Positions 42,201 to 56,400 of a DNA stretch of 64,000 bases are shown here, one piece after another. This DNA comes from Octopus vulgaris. Its lineage: Eukaryota. The position numbers were made by a program, and so were the translations under genes. The notes under the pieces are model-generated. The model made no database searches. It was not told the DNA's origin and saw only the letters and a list, made by a program, of their open reading frames with translations. Each line of letters starts with the position of its first letter. The stretch's first letter is position 1. The stretch spans positions 40,238,001-40,302,000 of the forward strand of contig OX597815.1 of assembly GCA_951406725.2 (NCBI GenBank), read 5' to 3'.

Positions 42201-44384
42201 CTCATTTACTCTTACTTGTTTCAGTCATTTGACTGTGGCCATGCTGGAGCACCGCCTTTAGTCGAGCAAATCGACCCCGGGACTTATTCTTTGTAAGCCT
42301 AGTACTTATTTTATCGGTTCTTTTGCCGAACCGCTAAGTTACGGGGACGTAAACACACCACCATCGGTTGTCAAGCGATGTTGGAGTGGGACAGGCACAC
42401 ATACATATACATATATACGACGGGCTTCTTTTCAGTTTCCGTCTTCCAAATCCACTCAAGGCTCAAATCAGGATCAAGGATTTACTTTGAGTTTGACAGG
42501 AAAAAACATTTCAGTTTCATTTTATTGACGATTACTAACGATTGATTATTTGTGTATTTTTTATTTCGAGTCATGAAACTCCTAATCAGTTTGTTTCCTT
42601 TTCTTGATTGTCATTATGCAACCGGTATATGAAATAATCGCCACAACTTAAGCAACTGTCGAGTTGGTAGATCGATGAAATTTTTCCTCTCTTCTCCAAA
42701 TTAGAATTGGCGGAGGAGTGTGTGCATGTTTTCAATTCGTCAACTGCTGTCTTTGGGATAACTGCCAGAGTTTGCTTGAAATCACCGGAAAGCAAGACTC
42801 CACCATAATGTGTTAACTTCAGATCTTGTAAAGCGTGAAAAGATGTTTGGTTTCCTTCAGAACATCTGTCTATCCAGATTCTTTGCCAGTATTGCAGGGC
42901 GACCGTCGTCGTATGTAGAGCTGACTGGCAGCTTAAAAACATTGATCCATCCTGCCATCTAAGCAAAGTTGCAGTAATTCTAGATGCGGTCACCGCAATA
43001 GAGATCTGCAAATTAAACAAAGTTTCTGCCAAAATTAAGTTCTTCCAAAAACCTTTGCTTTTTCTGCAGTCGCAGCAAGGGAAACTATTCCTTTCAAGTC
43101 ATATGTTACCAATTGTCTGATCCTTGTACAAACTTATCTAATTGGAACCCAGGGTGATACATTTTTATGAAAAGAATCTCAAGCTGTTAGTCTGGTTTGG
43201 AGGTGGAGGTCCACATTATTCAAGATCTTTGCCAGCCAAGTATATTCAATGAAGATCCGTACGTAGATGTAAATTCTGGGTGTGGGGTTATTGACTCTTG
43301 TGCTTGATATGTTATGAGAAATTCCTTATTTAAGAAAAATTAGCTTCAAATCTAGTCGTCCTGAGAGACAAGGTTTGAGAAATTGTGGCGCTATATCAAG
43401 ATAATCACCGATCTTCGTGTTTATTTATAACATAATTACAATTTGATGTCCTCCCCCTCCGCACTTCGATTTTGTTTCCTCATAACTTTCTGAAAAATGT
43501 ATATTTTTAATGAAATTTTGAGAGATACGTTTCCCATGGATTTTTTTTGTTTTTACTTTTTTAAAGAGTTTTGGATCATTCTACCCTCGACTTGTAAATT
43601 CCGTGACATGAGCATTTTAAACATTTTTTTCACCTCAGATTTGTTTCAAACATCTACATTACATAATCTTATACTTTAAATGACGTCTTTCCTGTAAGAT
43701 GTCATTTAAAAAAAATATGCACTTTAAAGTGGTGTTAGGAAGGGCATCCAGCTGTAGAAACACTGCCAGATCAGACTGGAGCCTGGTGCAGCCTTCTGGC
43801 TTCTCAGATCCCCGGTCGAACCGTCCAACCCATGCTAGCATGGAGAACGGATGTTAAATGATGATGATGATGATGAAAGATTGTTTTGGAGAAACACACT
43901 CGGAGGAGTGGAAAATGTACCGAATCTCCTCCTTACAAAAAGTTTAGAAGAAACAAAGTCGGGTAGGGAGTCCACACTATTATATGGACTGATGTATGTA
44001 CGGTGTGCGTGTGCATACTCGCACACTCTTCAATCATATTCAGTGGTCATAAATGAAGGAAAGACACTTCATATAGTATAATCCTGAATGGCCTTAAAAG
44101 ATGCGGCGGCTATAGTATGCTTATAATTATAGGTCTGCTCTATCAGGGCTGACCTAGAACTAAATAACTAATAGTTAGTGATGAACAGAAAATAAAAGTT
44201 CCTTTTACTTGTTTCAGTCATTTGACTGTGGCCATGCTGGAGCACCGCCTTTAGTCGAGCAAATCGACCCCAAGACTTATTCTTTGTAAGCCTAGTACTT
44301 ATTCTATCGGTTACGGGGACGTAAACACACCAACATCAGTTGTCAAGCGATGTTGGGTGGGGGGACAAACACAGACACACGTAC

Positions 44385-44415
<31 letters not shown>

Positions 44416-47400
44416 TATTATATATACGACGAGCTTCTTTCAGTTTCCGTCTACCAAATCCACCTACAAGGCTTTGGTCGGCCCGAGGCTATAGTAGAAG
44501 ACACTTGCCTAAGGTGTCACGCAGTGGGCTTGAACCCGGAACCATGTGGTTGGTAAGCAAGCTACTTACCACACAGCCACTCGTGTAAAGTTTTATCCAT
44601 CATTTATCGTTGGCCTATAATTTTATATAGCATAAAACAAGTTCCAAGAAAGATTATATATTTATATATTGTGCGTGTTTATTGATGTCAATTTTGCTAT
44701 TTAGCTCTAAACCCTTTCGTTATTTTTATAGAAATATACCGTCTTTATTTCAAATAGATTTGGAAATAACAGGAAAATAGCTTTGTCATTATTCATCTGG
44801 TAATTGGCACTTAAATTAGTATGAAATGTTGATGGAGTGTATTAATTTAAATCGCTTTAAAGTAGAAAGCTTTTCGGATATCAAAAGGTATATTCTGTAA
44901 CCAGATGGTTCTCTTTGACAACGGTTTAAAATTCAAACATTAACAGGTGAAGAGAGGTACGTGGGGGCTGAGACCGGGTTGACTGCTGGTTTGGAAATCA
45001 ATTCTCACTGTCAAGGTCAACAGCTATTTTGATGTGTGTGTCTACACTATTACTTTTGCACTCTACTATTGCTTGCTCTTACTGCCACTATCTCCCACTC
45101 CAGTATATCGTAGCGTATCTGATTAACCGGAGACTGCTGACGATTATAAGTTGTTCTTGCTTAACTTTAGTTTGTTCTCCTCTCCTCCCATCACCAACTT
45201 CGTTTCTTCTTAACTTTAATCCTTTAGCACCGGCCATATCCAGCCAAAATATTCTACTTGTTTAATACTCAAAATGGCCAAATGGGTCTCTTGCACTTGC
45301 CCTATTATGTCGTAAACAATCACATCATAAAAGTCCCAAAGCATGATTCATTCAAAGGAATATGAATAAACATCCCATTTAACAGAATAATCGGAATACT
45401 TTGCTTTAAATGAAATGTTTAAGAAAATGCTTTAAAATTGTCATCAACTTATCTTCACCTTCAAAAGTGTATCGTCGCATAATTAGTGCAAAATCATTAT
45501 TATGAAAGTTATGAGAAACAAAGTTGCGAAGGGGTTTGGCATCGAACTATAAGTTATGCCTACATGTTCAACGTTTTGTAGAAGACTTCCAGGAGGGTTT
45601 ACCATTTAAAGAGTGCTGTCCAAAATTTAATTGGAAAAAATGTTCTTGTCTGTGTATCTTATTTTGCATGTTACATGCTTTATATATATATATATATATA
45701 TATATAGTGCGTTTAGCATTATTGGCACAAATATGATAAAAATAGTAAACTGTCTGGTTTAATGTTTGCAAGTACACAGGCGTGGAGAAAAAAATCCCCC
45801 CCCCCCCCTCTCGCGGTTTCTTATGTTTTCGATGACGGCGATTCTGAATATCCCAAAAACTATTGTTTTCAAAATTTTCAGTCCCCCTCCGAACTCCACC
45901 CCAAATTTTTAAATTTTAACTTTTTTTCGAATTTTTTTTTCCCAATCTGCGTGGGAGGGAGATTAAGAATATGGGGGAATAATTTTCAAATTTTCCAGGA
46001 AGAAACTCAAAAATTGATTCATATACCCCTCGCTACCCCATCCGCTGTCTAAAAGTGAAAATGACCGGCTTCTGTGTTTGTGTGTGCTCGCGCGAATGAA
46101 CAGAGAAAAGAGGGAGGGGGTACAAAAGGAAGTCTTGCCACATGATATTCAATAATATGTTTGTGTTCATTCAGAATAAAATCTTCATGGGTCTTTGTTC
46201 ATGTGTTCCCCTCCCACCAAAAATGTTTGTATATTCGGAATCTACATGATATAACAAATATTTGTAGAAAATTTCATTAAAAATTATCAATTTTTCTGAA
46301 AGTTAAGATCATCCAAAGTCGGTGGGGCAGAAATCTGTAGTTATGCCTGGATTTTAAGTGCCCACAAAATTGACCACAATTGCTCCAGAGAAGAGTAGAA
46401 AAGTTTTTGTAAAACAGATAAGCGAGATCATTTCTAAGGGCACTGTGAAAAGAAATTTGAAAAATCTCCGTGAAAACGGAGAAATTCTGACGTCTGCCTA
46501 TATATGTATGTATGTATCGGCATTCATTCGATCGCCAAATGGGCATTCTGGAGAGATAGGTGTCCTTTTCGTGTTTGTTATCTCAACGTTTCGGCTGATG
46601 TACTCTCCAGCCTTCATCATGTGTTCTGGTGGAATATCGAACTGATGTTGCGGTGTTTATTTACATCCATAACTTAGCGGTTCGGCAAACAAAAACAATA
46701 GAATAAGTTCTAGACTTCAAAAATAAGTGGTCTTTTCGTTCGACTAAAGCCCTTCAAAGTAGTGCTCCAGCATGGCCGCAGTCAAGTGACTGAAACAAGT
46801 AAAGGAGTAACTCCACAATGTCAACTTTCTTCTTGATGAACATCCTTCGCCTTTCTATAGCCTGAGAATGGATGTTATTATTTGGATAAAAAAAAAAATT
46901 GAGTGAATTGTTGACCCACATAAAAAGACCCCCCATCGAATATCAGATGTGTTTCATGAAATTTTGGGGGTGTTTCTAAAGTCCATATTTGCAGAGAATT
47001 TCATTAAAAAATATCCATTTTCTTGAAAGTTAAGACGAATTGAAGTGAACTCCAGTGAATTTTCCGAAATTCCTCACCTCACCACCAAAATTAGGCCGTG
47101 CCCTAATATTCCACGTACTTTAGAAATAATTCCTGATGGACGAGGGGTTTTCACAGTCTTCATATTCTTAACTGCTGCCAAGAAGAATGGTTGGACCCTC
47201 ACTTATGTTCACATTAGGACACCTCTCTCACATTTATTAGTTTCCTCGTAGAAAATTTGAAATTAATTATTTTCTTTTTTTCCATTTTCTTCATCTCCAT
47301 ATTTTTCGACATAGATTTAAAAAAAATTTGAAATAAGTTAAAATTTAGGGTGAGGAGGGGGATTTGAAAAGAAAAATCAAACAGCGTTTCAACTCTGTGA

Positions 47401-50400
47401 GTATGTGTGTGTGCATGTACAAGGGAAGTATGTAATCATTGACAAGTGTATTAATTTGATTTACCATCCATATTTATATATAAAATACTACAATTAGCTG
47501 TCATTTTTGATGGCATGGGGCCTGCTAGTCTTACATAAAAGGCAATGTGTTTCATATTAGTCATGCTAGCAGAGGGAACTAAAACAAATAGAGTGGGAAT
47601 GAGTGACATGCTCAATGCAACCAAACTAGTGAGAAATTTTAACATTAGAAAAAAAATTTTAATATTTTCATGGTACTCTTTTATAACACTGGTCTCATTA
47701 ATTTATCTTTAGCATCTACCTTTTTAATGGAAGTTTTGTTGTGTTTATCAAATGCATTCACTGCAATAGCATAAGACAAAAAATAACAAAATGCTACAGA
47801 TTTAAATAAGTCAGTTCACAGATGTTACATAAATAACAGAATCCAAAAAGTTTTAATAGGAACTAATATGTTAACAGAAGAAATCTTGCTATTAAAAAAA
47901 ATACTCAAAGCATTCCATGATGCAACAAACATGATTGTTCTTTATTAATGGTTCTTTGTAATAGTAATAACATTTTATTTTTATCTTTTACATGTTTCTG
48001 TCATTGAACTACAGCCGTCCTGGCACCAATATTCCTTGGAGATATTTGCTAGGCATTCGGTTGGACATTAGTACTTTACTTCAAATCTAATGCTTATTCT
48101 GTCTCCTTTTATACTGAACCACTAAGTTACAGGGATGTAAACAAACCTAAACTGGTTGTCTAGTAATGACGTTAAAACATAAGGCATCAGTCAATCTGGA
48201 ATTCTAGTAGAAGCGAACTTTATGCAGCCGCCGTACTTGCACTTTACTAAGTTTTCTTGGGGAAGTAAATGACAAAGTAGCTAATCCAACACCAATGTCC
48301 CAAACACCTGCTTAATAATGATAGCTATTTTACAAAATGGTATTCCAGACTCTCTTTTTGTTTTGTTTTTAACTTAGCATTGCCCAACATAATTTCTCAG
48401 TCAGAAATCAAAAACTCCAACTTCCTCATTATCTAATATACTCGAAATAACTATTAAATTCCAATTGTCATTATTCTTCAATGTAAATAAATTTTGTTGT
48501 AAAGAATGGATGATATACAAATTTTCTCAAGAGAGGTTTAAATATTACTTTGCAAAATCATTTCAATGAGATTTAGTTATTAACTCTAGCATGTTGAGCA
48601 GCAGATAAGTTGGTATTCTTCATGGATTTTAACAAAAAGCCCATTGACAATGCAAAACTTTATCAGCACTACAGTTCTATATTTAAGAGATGAGGAATTA
48701 TGTACATTATTACATTTGATGGATATTTCTCCTCATCTTGTTTGTTGTTAACATTTCGGCTGATATACCCTCCAGCCTTCATCAGATGTCTTGGCGTAGT
48801 GGTTAAGAGCATGGGCTATTAACCCCAGCATTCCAAGTTCGATTCCAGGCAGTGACCTGAATAATAATATCGAAAAATACTTTAAGAATGAGAACCCAGG
48901 TTTGAAATTTCCCCAAGACACCTGATGAAAGCTGGAGGGCATATCAACCAAACCATGTTGACAACAAACAAGATGAGGCCAAATATTCGTCAAATGTAAA
49001 TAATTTATTGGTACTGATTTAACTGCCATGTAAAAGTGAACGTTATTTTTGATGATTATTGTATCTTTTTAATGTATTTTATTATATTCCTATATGTCAA
49101 AAAGTTAAAGCTTAAAACAATACGCTGATACAGTCAATTGAAATGTCTTAAGTAAAACAAGCTAACCATAGCACAATGTAAAAAAATTAAAAGAAGAAAA
49201 TTTATCTCACTGTCACCAACTGAAAATGTTCTCATTGTAAATATGGTTTATCGAAAACATTAGCGAGGCCATTTTCATTTACTGATTCTTTATTCAGAGC
49301 TTTGTGTTGTACTGCTTTTGTAAACATTGCCCAGTGTTAGCAGAGGGGAAATTCCAAAGATTTGCAATCCTTGAGTGGCAAAGGACTGAGGAAAGTGTTT
49401 AGTGTGAGAGATGAGATATAGTAAAGGTGGCAATAGAAGAAAAGGTATGCAGAGTAGTAACAAGATGCTGTTTAAGTTACAATAATAGTCAGGAAGTAGA
49501 AGCTATGTATCTGTAAGTTAATGGTTATTTTTGTTTAGCCCCTGATTGAACAGACCTTTGATCAAAAGTATTCCAGGCAGTAATATCTTGTCTTTATTCA
49601 GGCATAGTTTATATCTGCTTAGTGGTCAAATCTTTGCTAATCAGTCTTTCTTTTGGATGCAGTCTCTGGTGTTTCACAAGGTATCCATCAGCAATAACCT
49701 TTTAATCTGGCCCAAATAATTGATTAATTCAGTGTCAGTTACACTACAAATTACTTGTTTTATTTATCTTGAAAATGTATAAATCAAAGTTAGATGTAGC
49801 ATCATTTGAACTTGGAAATATGGAATTAGAACACCATATGCTGTACAATTGATTCAGTCATCAATACTTTTTTCTACTGTCCCAAATTAGCTCTCTCTTT
49901 ACTGACCATATCTTAGTATATAGTTGATGTGTATCAATTTTTAAAATAATGGTGATTTTAAATGAAGTTGTTTAAAAAAAAATTAAATTGAGTGTACGAT
50001 ATGATTGCAAACTAAAATAATTACATTAGGGTTATGGTAAATTTTTTTTGTAGAATTATCACTTAAAATTTTAAAATCCCAATGTTGATATTGTTGAGCA
50101 TTTATGAACTATTTATTAAAATCTTTAGAGATATTCCACATATTAGTATTAAGACTAGCATGTATTTTAACTTGGAATAAAATTCAATTGCCTTATTTGG
50201 TACCATAAAGCAAATGTGAAAATGGGGTGGGGACTGTTAGATTTTGAAGAAAATTAATAAATTTTAGGAAAAATTATTTACAGTTATTATTTTACAAGTA
50301 ACTTGCTATTTTTAACAAACAATTGTCTTCAAACTTTTTTCAGATATTGTGACATTTTGAATGTTGTGGAAGAAATTGACTGTCCTCAACCAAAGGTAAG

Positions 50401-53400
50401 GTCATACTTTCCAAAATACCTTTCATTTGTATTTGTGGCATTAAGCATTGTTGAATGCGTTTAGCTTATTTGTTACAATTTTTCAATTGCTTTTCTATTT
50501 TTACCTCCTTAGAAATTGGCTTTGCGTGAAATTAGTACTTCAAGATATAAAGAAGAGTTTTTTGAAGTTTGTAAACTCGGTGATGGAGAATTTGGTAGTG
50601 CCTACAAATGTGTTAACAGACTTGATGGTTGTATATATGCAATTAAAAAGTCCAAGATGCCAGTTGCTGGCAGTCAATATGAGTAAGTGTTCGAATTAAT
50701 CATTGTTATGAATAACTGCTGAAATAATTTGTTGTAATTTTTTTTAAACAAAGACAATTAGCTTTTCACAAACAAATTTATATAAAAGATAGTTATTGTG
50801 AGTCCTTTCTCAGAAATGCAACCCTATGGAGGTCCTTCTGCACTTTTTCTATTTTACTGTAGACATTGACTTACAGATGTTCAAGTTGATCATCAACCAT
50901 CATCTCACTGGTCAGGTGGACAGTCTGCAAAATTTGTGGACATTGTTGTTGAAGTATTAAAGTGATGTTTGGAATACAATTTTCATGAAAATATTTTTAT
51001 ATTTCTTGTGTCCTTATATTTGCAAAGGGGAGGCAATCACCCCCACCAGCTAGGGCTAGTACCTAGCTGGTGTGGGTGCTTGCCTCCCCTTCGCAAATAT
51101 AAGGACACAGGAAATGTGTCAAAGTCGACAGGAAGCGTTGATGCTTCCTAGGGCTAAATAGCGGTGGTGTAATTCCCTTTACAGGACAGTCACATTATGT
51201 TGACAGTATACAACCACTCTGTCGCTCTACCACCGCTCATGTCTCTCTGAGACATTTAGAAATTCAATATTTCTAAATTCTTATATTAAACTAACAAAAT
51301 TTATTTTATGGAAATTTTGTGGGTGATTTTGGCAGTCTTAAGTTGAAACTAAGAGTTATATACCTTGTATAAGAGCATAACTACAATAACCTTGGATTCG
51401 ATTGGTTTGCCTATGCTCAGTCCACTGCTAGCCAAAGTTCTCAGCATGTTCTCTCCACCAACAATTATGTAGAGGCTGTGAATTTGAGCTTGTGATCATA
51501 CTGGTTTGATGAGCCTTCTCTGCCATTCTGGCTTTACCTGGCTAGACAGAGGACAATAGTCTTAATACTATGACTATATTTGTGTTGCCACTGTTGTCCA
51601 AATTAATAATTTGATAATGCTGGCTTTTCAGCCTAAAATATAGTTGTTTATATCTACCCCTTGCCTTATAAATATCAAGTTTTATCGAGACCAAATGGTC
51701 AAGTGGATAATATATTGGACTGTCTGCTTGCAGCTTGTTTGTTCTAACCTGCTGCTAGTGTTCCCTTGTATTTCTAAGAATTATTTTATGTTCTTTTCAC
51801 TTCATCTAGTTGTTCAGAATTGGTATCAGATCATCTGAGACTGGTACTTGCTATAAGAGTATTATGATTTATCTCTTTCATCAATAAAACTGTTTACTCA
51901 GTTTTCTTGTTTTTCAAAGCTCTTCTGGTTTCAGAGACGTTTTCATTATATTTACAAAACAACATTCTCTCTACCTCTAGCACCTTTGACCCATTCATTT
52001 CAGTAATTAGTTTTCCTTACAAGTTAGTTTTTATTTCTTTTCTTCTGAAGATTAAATATAAAGCTATGTATGCTAATCTCCTACTTCTTTTTTTGTACAG
52101 ACGTGTTGCTTTGAATGAAGTTTATGCACATGCAGTATTAGGACAGCATCGCCATGTTGTACGCTACTATTCAGCTTGGGCAGAAGATGACCATATGTAT
52201 ATACAAAATGAATTTTGCAATGGTAAGTGGATGCTAGTTTCATTTCATAAATGTAACAGTTGGTTGATGGAGATTCTTTCATCCTATTTAAGCCACAATA
52301 TTGTCTCATTAAAAGTGTCATTAATAATAGGCATCACTGAGTGTCATAAACTACCTGCTATCTACAGTCTGAGGGAGCTTTTTGTAGTTTCTTAACATGC
52401 TTTAGTTAGCAGCCAAACTACCATTGAATCACATCTTGAGGTCTTAACAAAAGGACATGTTGAATAGCCCTTGATATATCTGAAAACAAAAAGGCAACAT
52501 AGTCACCGTTGGAATACCTTTATTCGTAGGTTTGTTGAGCAAGGCTTGCCTGGGGCTAAGAACAGCTACTGTCACCTTGTCATTTTATTGCTTTCCTTCC
52601 ATTCTTTTCCATGCGAAGACAACTTTGAAGTATGATACTTGTCAGATTGGTATTGTAGGACAAGTAATTATGAATCATACCCAGAGTAGCTACATAATAG
52701 CAGGTGAAATGTTTAAATTCAAGCATCATCTAGGAACAGTATAGCACCTTTATTTACCACACTTCCTTTTTCTTTCTTTCGAAAATGAGATCATTGTTTC
52801 TTTGTATTGAGATAAACATGCATTTTAGCCAGGAATACTTCAGTTTATTTTATTATATATATATATATATATATTTTTTTTTATTGATCTGATTATATCA
52901 TTAAAGAAAAATAGTAAGTACAAATTAATTTTATCTTTTCTTTAGGTGGCAATTTAGCAGAAGCTGTTCAGAAACCAGCATCACAAAGAAACTTAAAACA
53001 CATCATATTTCAAATTGCTAATGGACTTAAATACATACATTCTAAAGGTTTAGTCCACCTTGACATAAAACCAGGTATGTATGAAATTCTTTATGATTTC
53101 TTTACAGAGATAATATTCAGCATCACACACCTCAGGAAGAGAGCATCTTTTCTCCATTCCCTCACTCAATGCTGTCCTTTCAGCTATCCACATTTTGTAA
53201 CCATCAGTCACTTTACTCTGTATCCTTTCTCAACTCTTTATACTGATACTCTTTTAACTTTTGCTCCTTCTTGTACTCACCACTTCACTCATCTGACAGG
53301 GTCTCAGTTTCTAATCTACGCACTCCTCAGTCTTTTCTCTCTCAGAACTGGCTCCTGAAATAGACATCCTGTCCATCTTTAACCTCAACAGCAACCAACT

Positions 53401-56400
53401 TGTACAATACAAGTTGGGTTGTGGCACCTAGCAATAAGTTCACTTGCATAAAAATGTACAGCTCTATAAAAACATAAATTCCTCTTTTGATGTTATTTGC
53501 TATTCAGAAGTGAAATTATATTTATTCGCACTGTTTTTCATGCAATTCATTCCAACATAGATGCTTCTTGGGTGCCCAGTTATACATTGCTAAGATATTC
53601 TCTTGTTTTTTTTATCTTTTCACGCATTCATTTACTATTAATACTTTTTAATGTGTACTATTTACTAATATCTACTTTCGTAAGCCAGTTATTTAAATTG
53701 ACCCTTCAATATGTAACTTCCTTTTCTCTTTCCCTCTCTCTCCTTCTCTCCCTCTCTCAGCCTTCGTTTCACCTTAATTCTTCATGTAATTTTCTAAATG
53801 AAATCTTCCCTCCTGTGCCCCCAAGTTAGCTACATATTTTTTTGTACCATCTCCCTAAATTAACCCTTGCTTGTTCACGGTGCAACCACCAATACCAGAT
53901 ATCTCTCTTCTCTCACCAGAAAACCCCTCCCTCACTGGTGGTATCCTCTATCATGTATGCAATCTCCTCCCTCTCTCCCTCTCAGGACAAATGCAACTAG
54001 TTTAGCTGCCCATCTTCTTGTTCAGAGGTAGTCAGAGTATGCGATAGAGTGCTTAAGCTCAGGCTAGTCCTGCAGAATAGTATAGCTACAAGTATCTCTG
54101 CCTACGCCTCACAAGCGGGCCTACCAAACGATCAGAAGGACCACTCTTATGATCCCCTTCTACAGGCTACCTCAAAGACGAGTGGTAATGACCTCATCTT
54201 TGCAGCTGGAGATTCTAATGGGCATGTCGGATGGCAATCCAGTATCTTCCATGATGTTCCTGGGGGCCATGGAATTAGTTCCTGAAGCAAAGAGGGAACT
54301 AGGCTACTGGAATTCTGTGATGCAGGCAACCTATTAATCTGCAACATTAACTTCAGACAGTTAAACTTCGGACGTTAAACGATGATGGTGGATATAAGTG
54401 GTCAGGTGTCTTAAACTTCTTCCAGTTATCCTATCCCTAACTTTTGCCTAGAATAGGCTGTGAGCATCACCCTTCCTCAAAAGTACTAATGAGTATGTAA
54501 GTTTATTCTAATTTCTGTTTTGTATTGTGTACATTTTAAATTTTAATGTTTTTTTTATTATTTTAGGCAATATTTTTGTCCACAAAGAAGAAACAGTTGA
54601 AAGTGGGACAGAATCATGTAGCGAAGATGATCCAGATTTCTCTCCGCAAATCACCTATAAAATAGGTAGGTACTGTTGAGTTATAGCAAAAGTAATCTTA
54701 TTGTAAATATTTTGCAGAGTAGATATTATATTGTTAAAAGTTAGGCTTTTTTTTCTTTCTAATTATGAGACTCTCTGGAGCAGTGCTTCTTTCCAGTGTC
54801 CTAGTTTTAAACGTAATGATAAAGTAACTTTTTCTACTAGTAGAATTGAACTTTATGTTGCAAACCAATTTGGCAATGCTGTATATAACTTTATATTATT
54901 ATATAGTATAGCTTTGGTTAACTGTAGAGCTAACTGGAGACTTGGTCATGTATGTGATGTTTGGGGGGGGGGGGGTTAATAAGAATACTGACCCTGTCAC
55001 CCCCACTCTTTGGACCACCAGCGAATGAATTTCAAATGTGCCAGACAGTTCATCTTGTTTCTGAGCAGATTTAATTCAACAAACTTTAGTTCAATTAGTT
55101 ATTGTGGTTTGAGAAGTTTGCTTTTGCAGTTATGTGGAGTTTTTTCAATCTCATACTACATCATTTTGGAAAGATGTCTTTTACAAGTCAAGCAGTCTTG
55201 TGAATAAAATTTGGTTGACAGAAACAGTGTAGAAGTTCATAAAATGGCCAGTTCCCATTCTTTGATGGCAGGCTTAATCCATTGCCTGATTTAACATCAC
55301 TACCTGGTCTTGAAATACCTTTAATAGAGTCCATTCTTGCAAACATTCAGGCCAAGTCTCTGTCTGGACAGGGGATAACATTCTCCCTTCTTGGTGGCTC
55401 TGAGCTGAGTCATGGGTGTTACACTTTCTCTTGACATTTTTATACCTTAAAAAAAATTTTTTTTTGGAAATGGTCATTATTCTAACCCTTAAATGCCAAG
55501 TGACTTAGTTTTATAGCATTAGTTATGTAATGTTTTCTTAGTTGGTCAATGGCAAAGTTTTTATTTATTTTTTTGTTCCTCATAGATTGTTGCTTCTAAT
55601 AACATAATTGACTATTCCATTACATTGTATTCTTCAGGAGATTTAGGACATGTGACGAAAGTTTCAAATCCTAGAGTCGAAGAAGGAGACTGTCATTATC
55701 TCCCAAAAGAAATTTTAGCTGAAGATTTTAGGAATTTATACAAGGCTGATATCTTCTCATTAGGACTTACTGCTTATGAAATGGTAAGTTGTGAACTCTT
55801 TCCTTGTGGCATTACCATAACCCATTGATAGAAGCTGTTTTAGACAAGTTCTTCCAATTCTTTTATTAGAAACATAAATGTGTTTGAGTAATAAAGATTC
55901 AGTTTGTATACAGTCATCAGTACCACAATTTTAACTTCAAATGGCTGTGTCTATTTAGCTATAAATAGGTACCATGCAGAGTTAACATATCACAGCTACA
56001 GGCAGTGGTGATACTTTGTAAGTGGCTTGTATTTGTAACCTGAAATGCTTCCATGAGTCTAGTAGTAGTGATAAAGAAAAACTCACAGTAAGTTCCTATC
56101 ATCTATAAGGTTAGCACAGATGTTTGGAGATATTTGAGACACCATCTAAGATAATGCTATTGTCAAAATGTTTTTTTTTTCTTCTAAAGCATTAAAAAGG
56201 AAATCGGGCTCCCATATTACATGTTTTGAGTTATGGAATTATTTAGAACAGCAAGATTTTCAGGAATGTAATGCTTCCATAGAACAATAATCTTTTACTT
56301 GAATACAGTACTACTTGGTTTAACACTAAACTCAATGTGTCTATTGTGAGAGATAGATAGGTCTCTCTCTCTTTCTCTGAAGGTAGCTTCATCTAGAAAG

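Noticed and set aside
48792-48857. Functional tRNA gene
   Set aside because: A and B boxes are present, but the acceptor stem is missing and the arms are mismatched; treated as a SINE head.
51907-52395. 162-aa ORF as a stand-alone gene
   Set aside because: Only 52101-52222 is wee1 exon 4; the rest is intron read-through.
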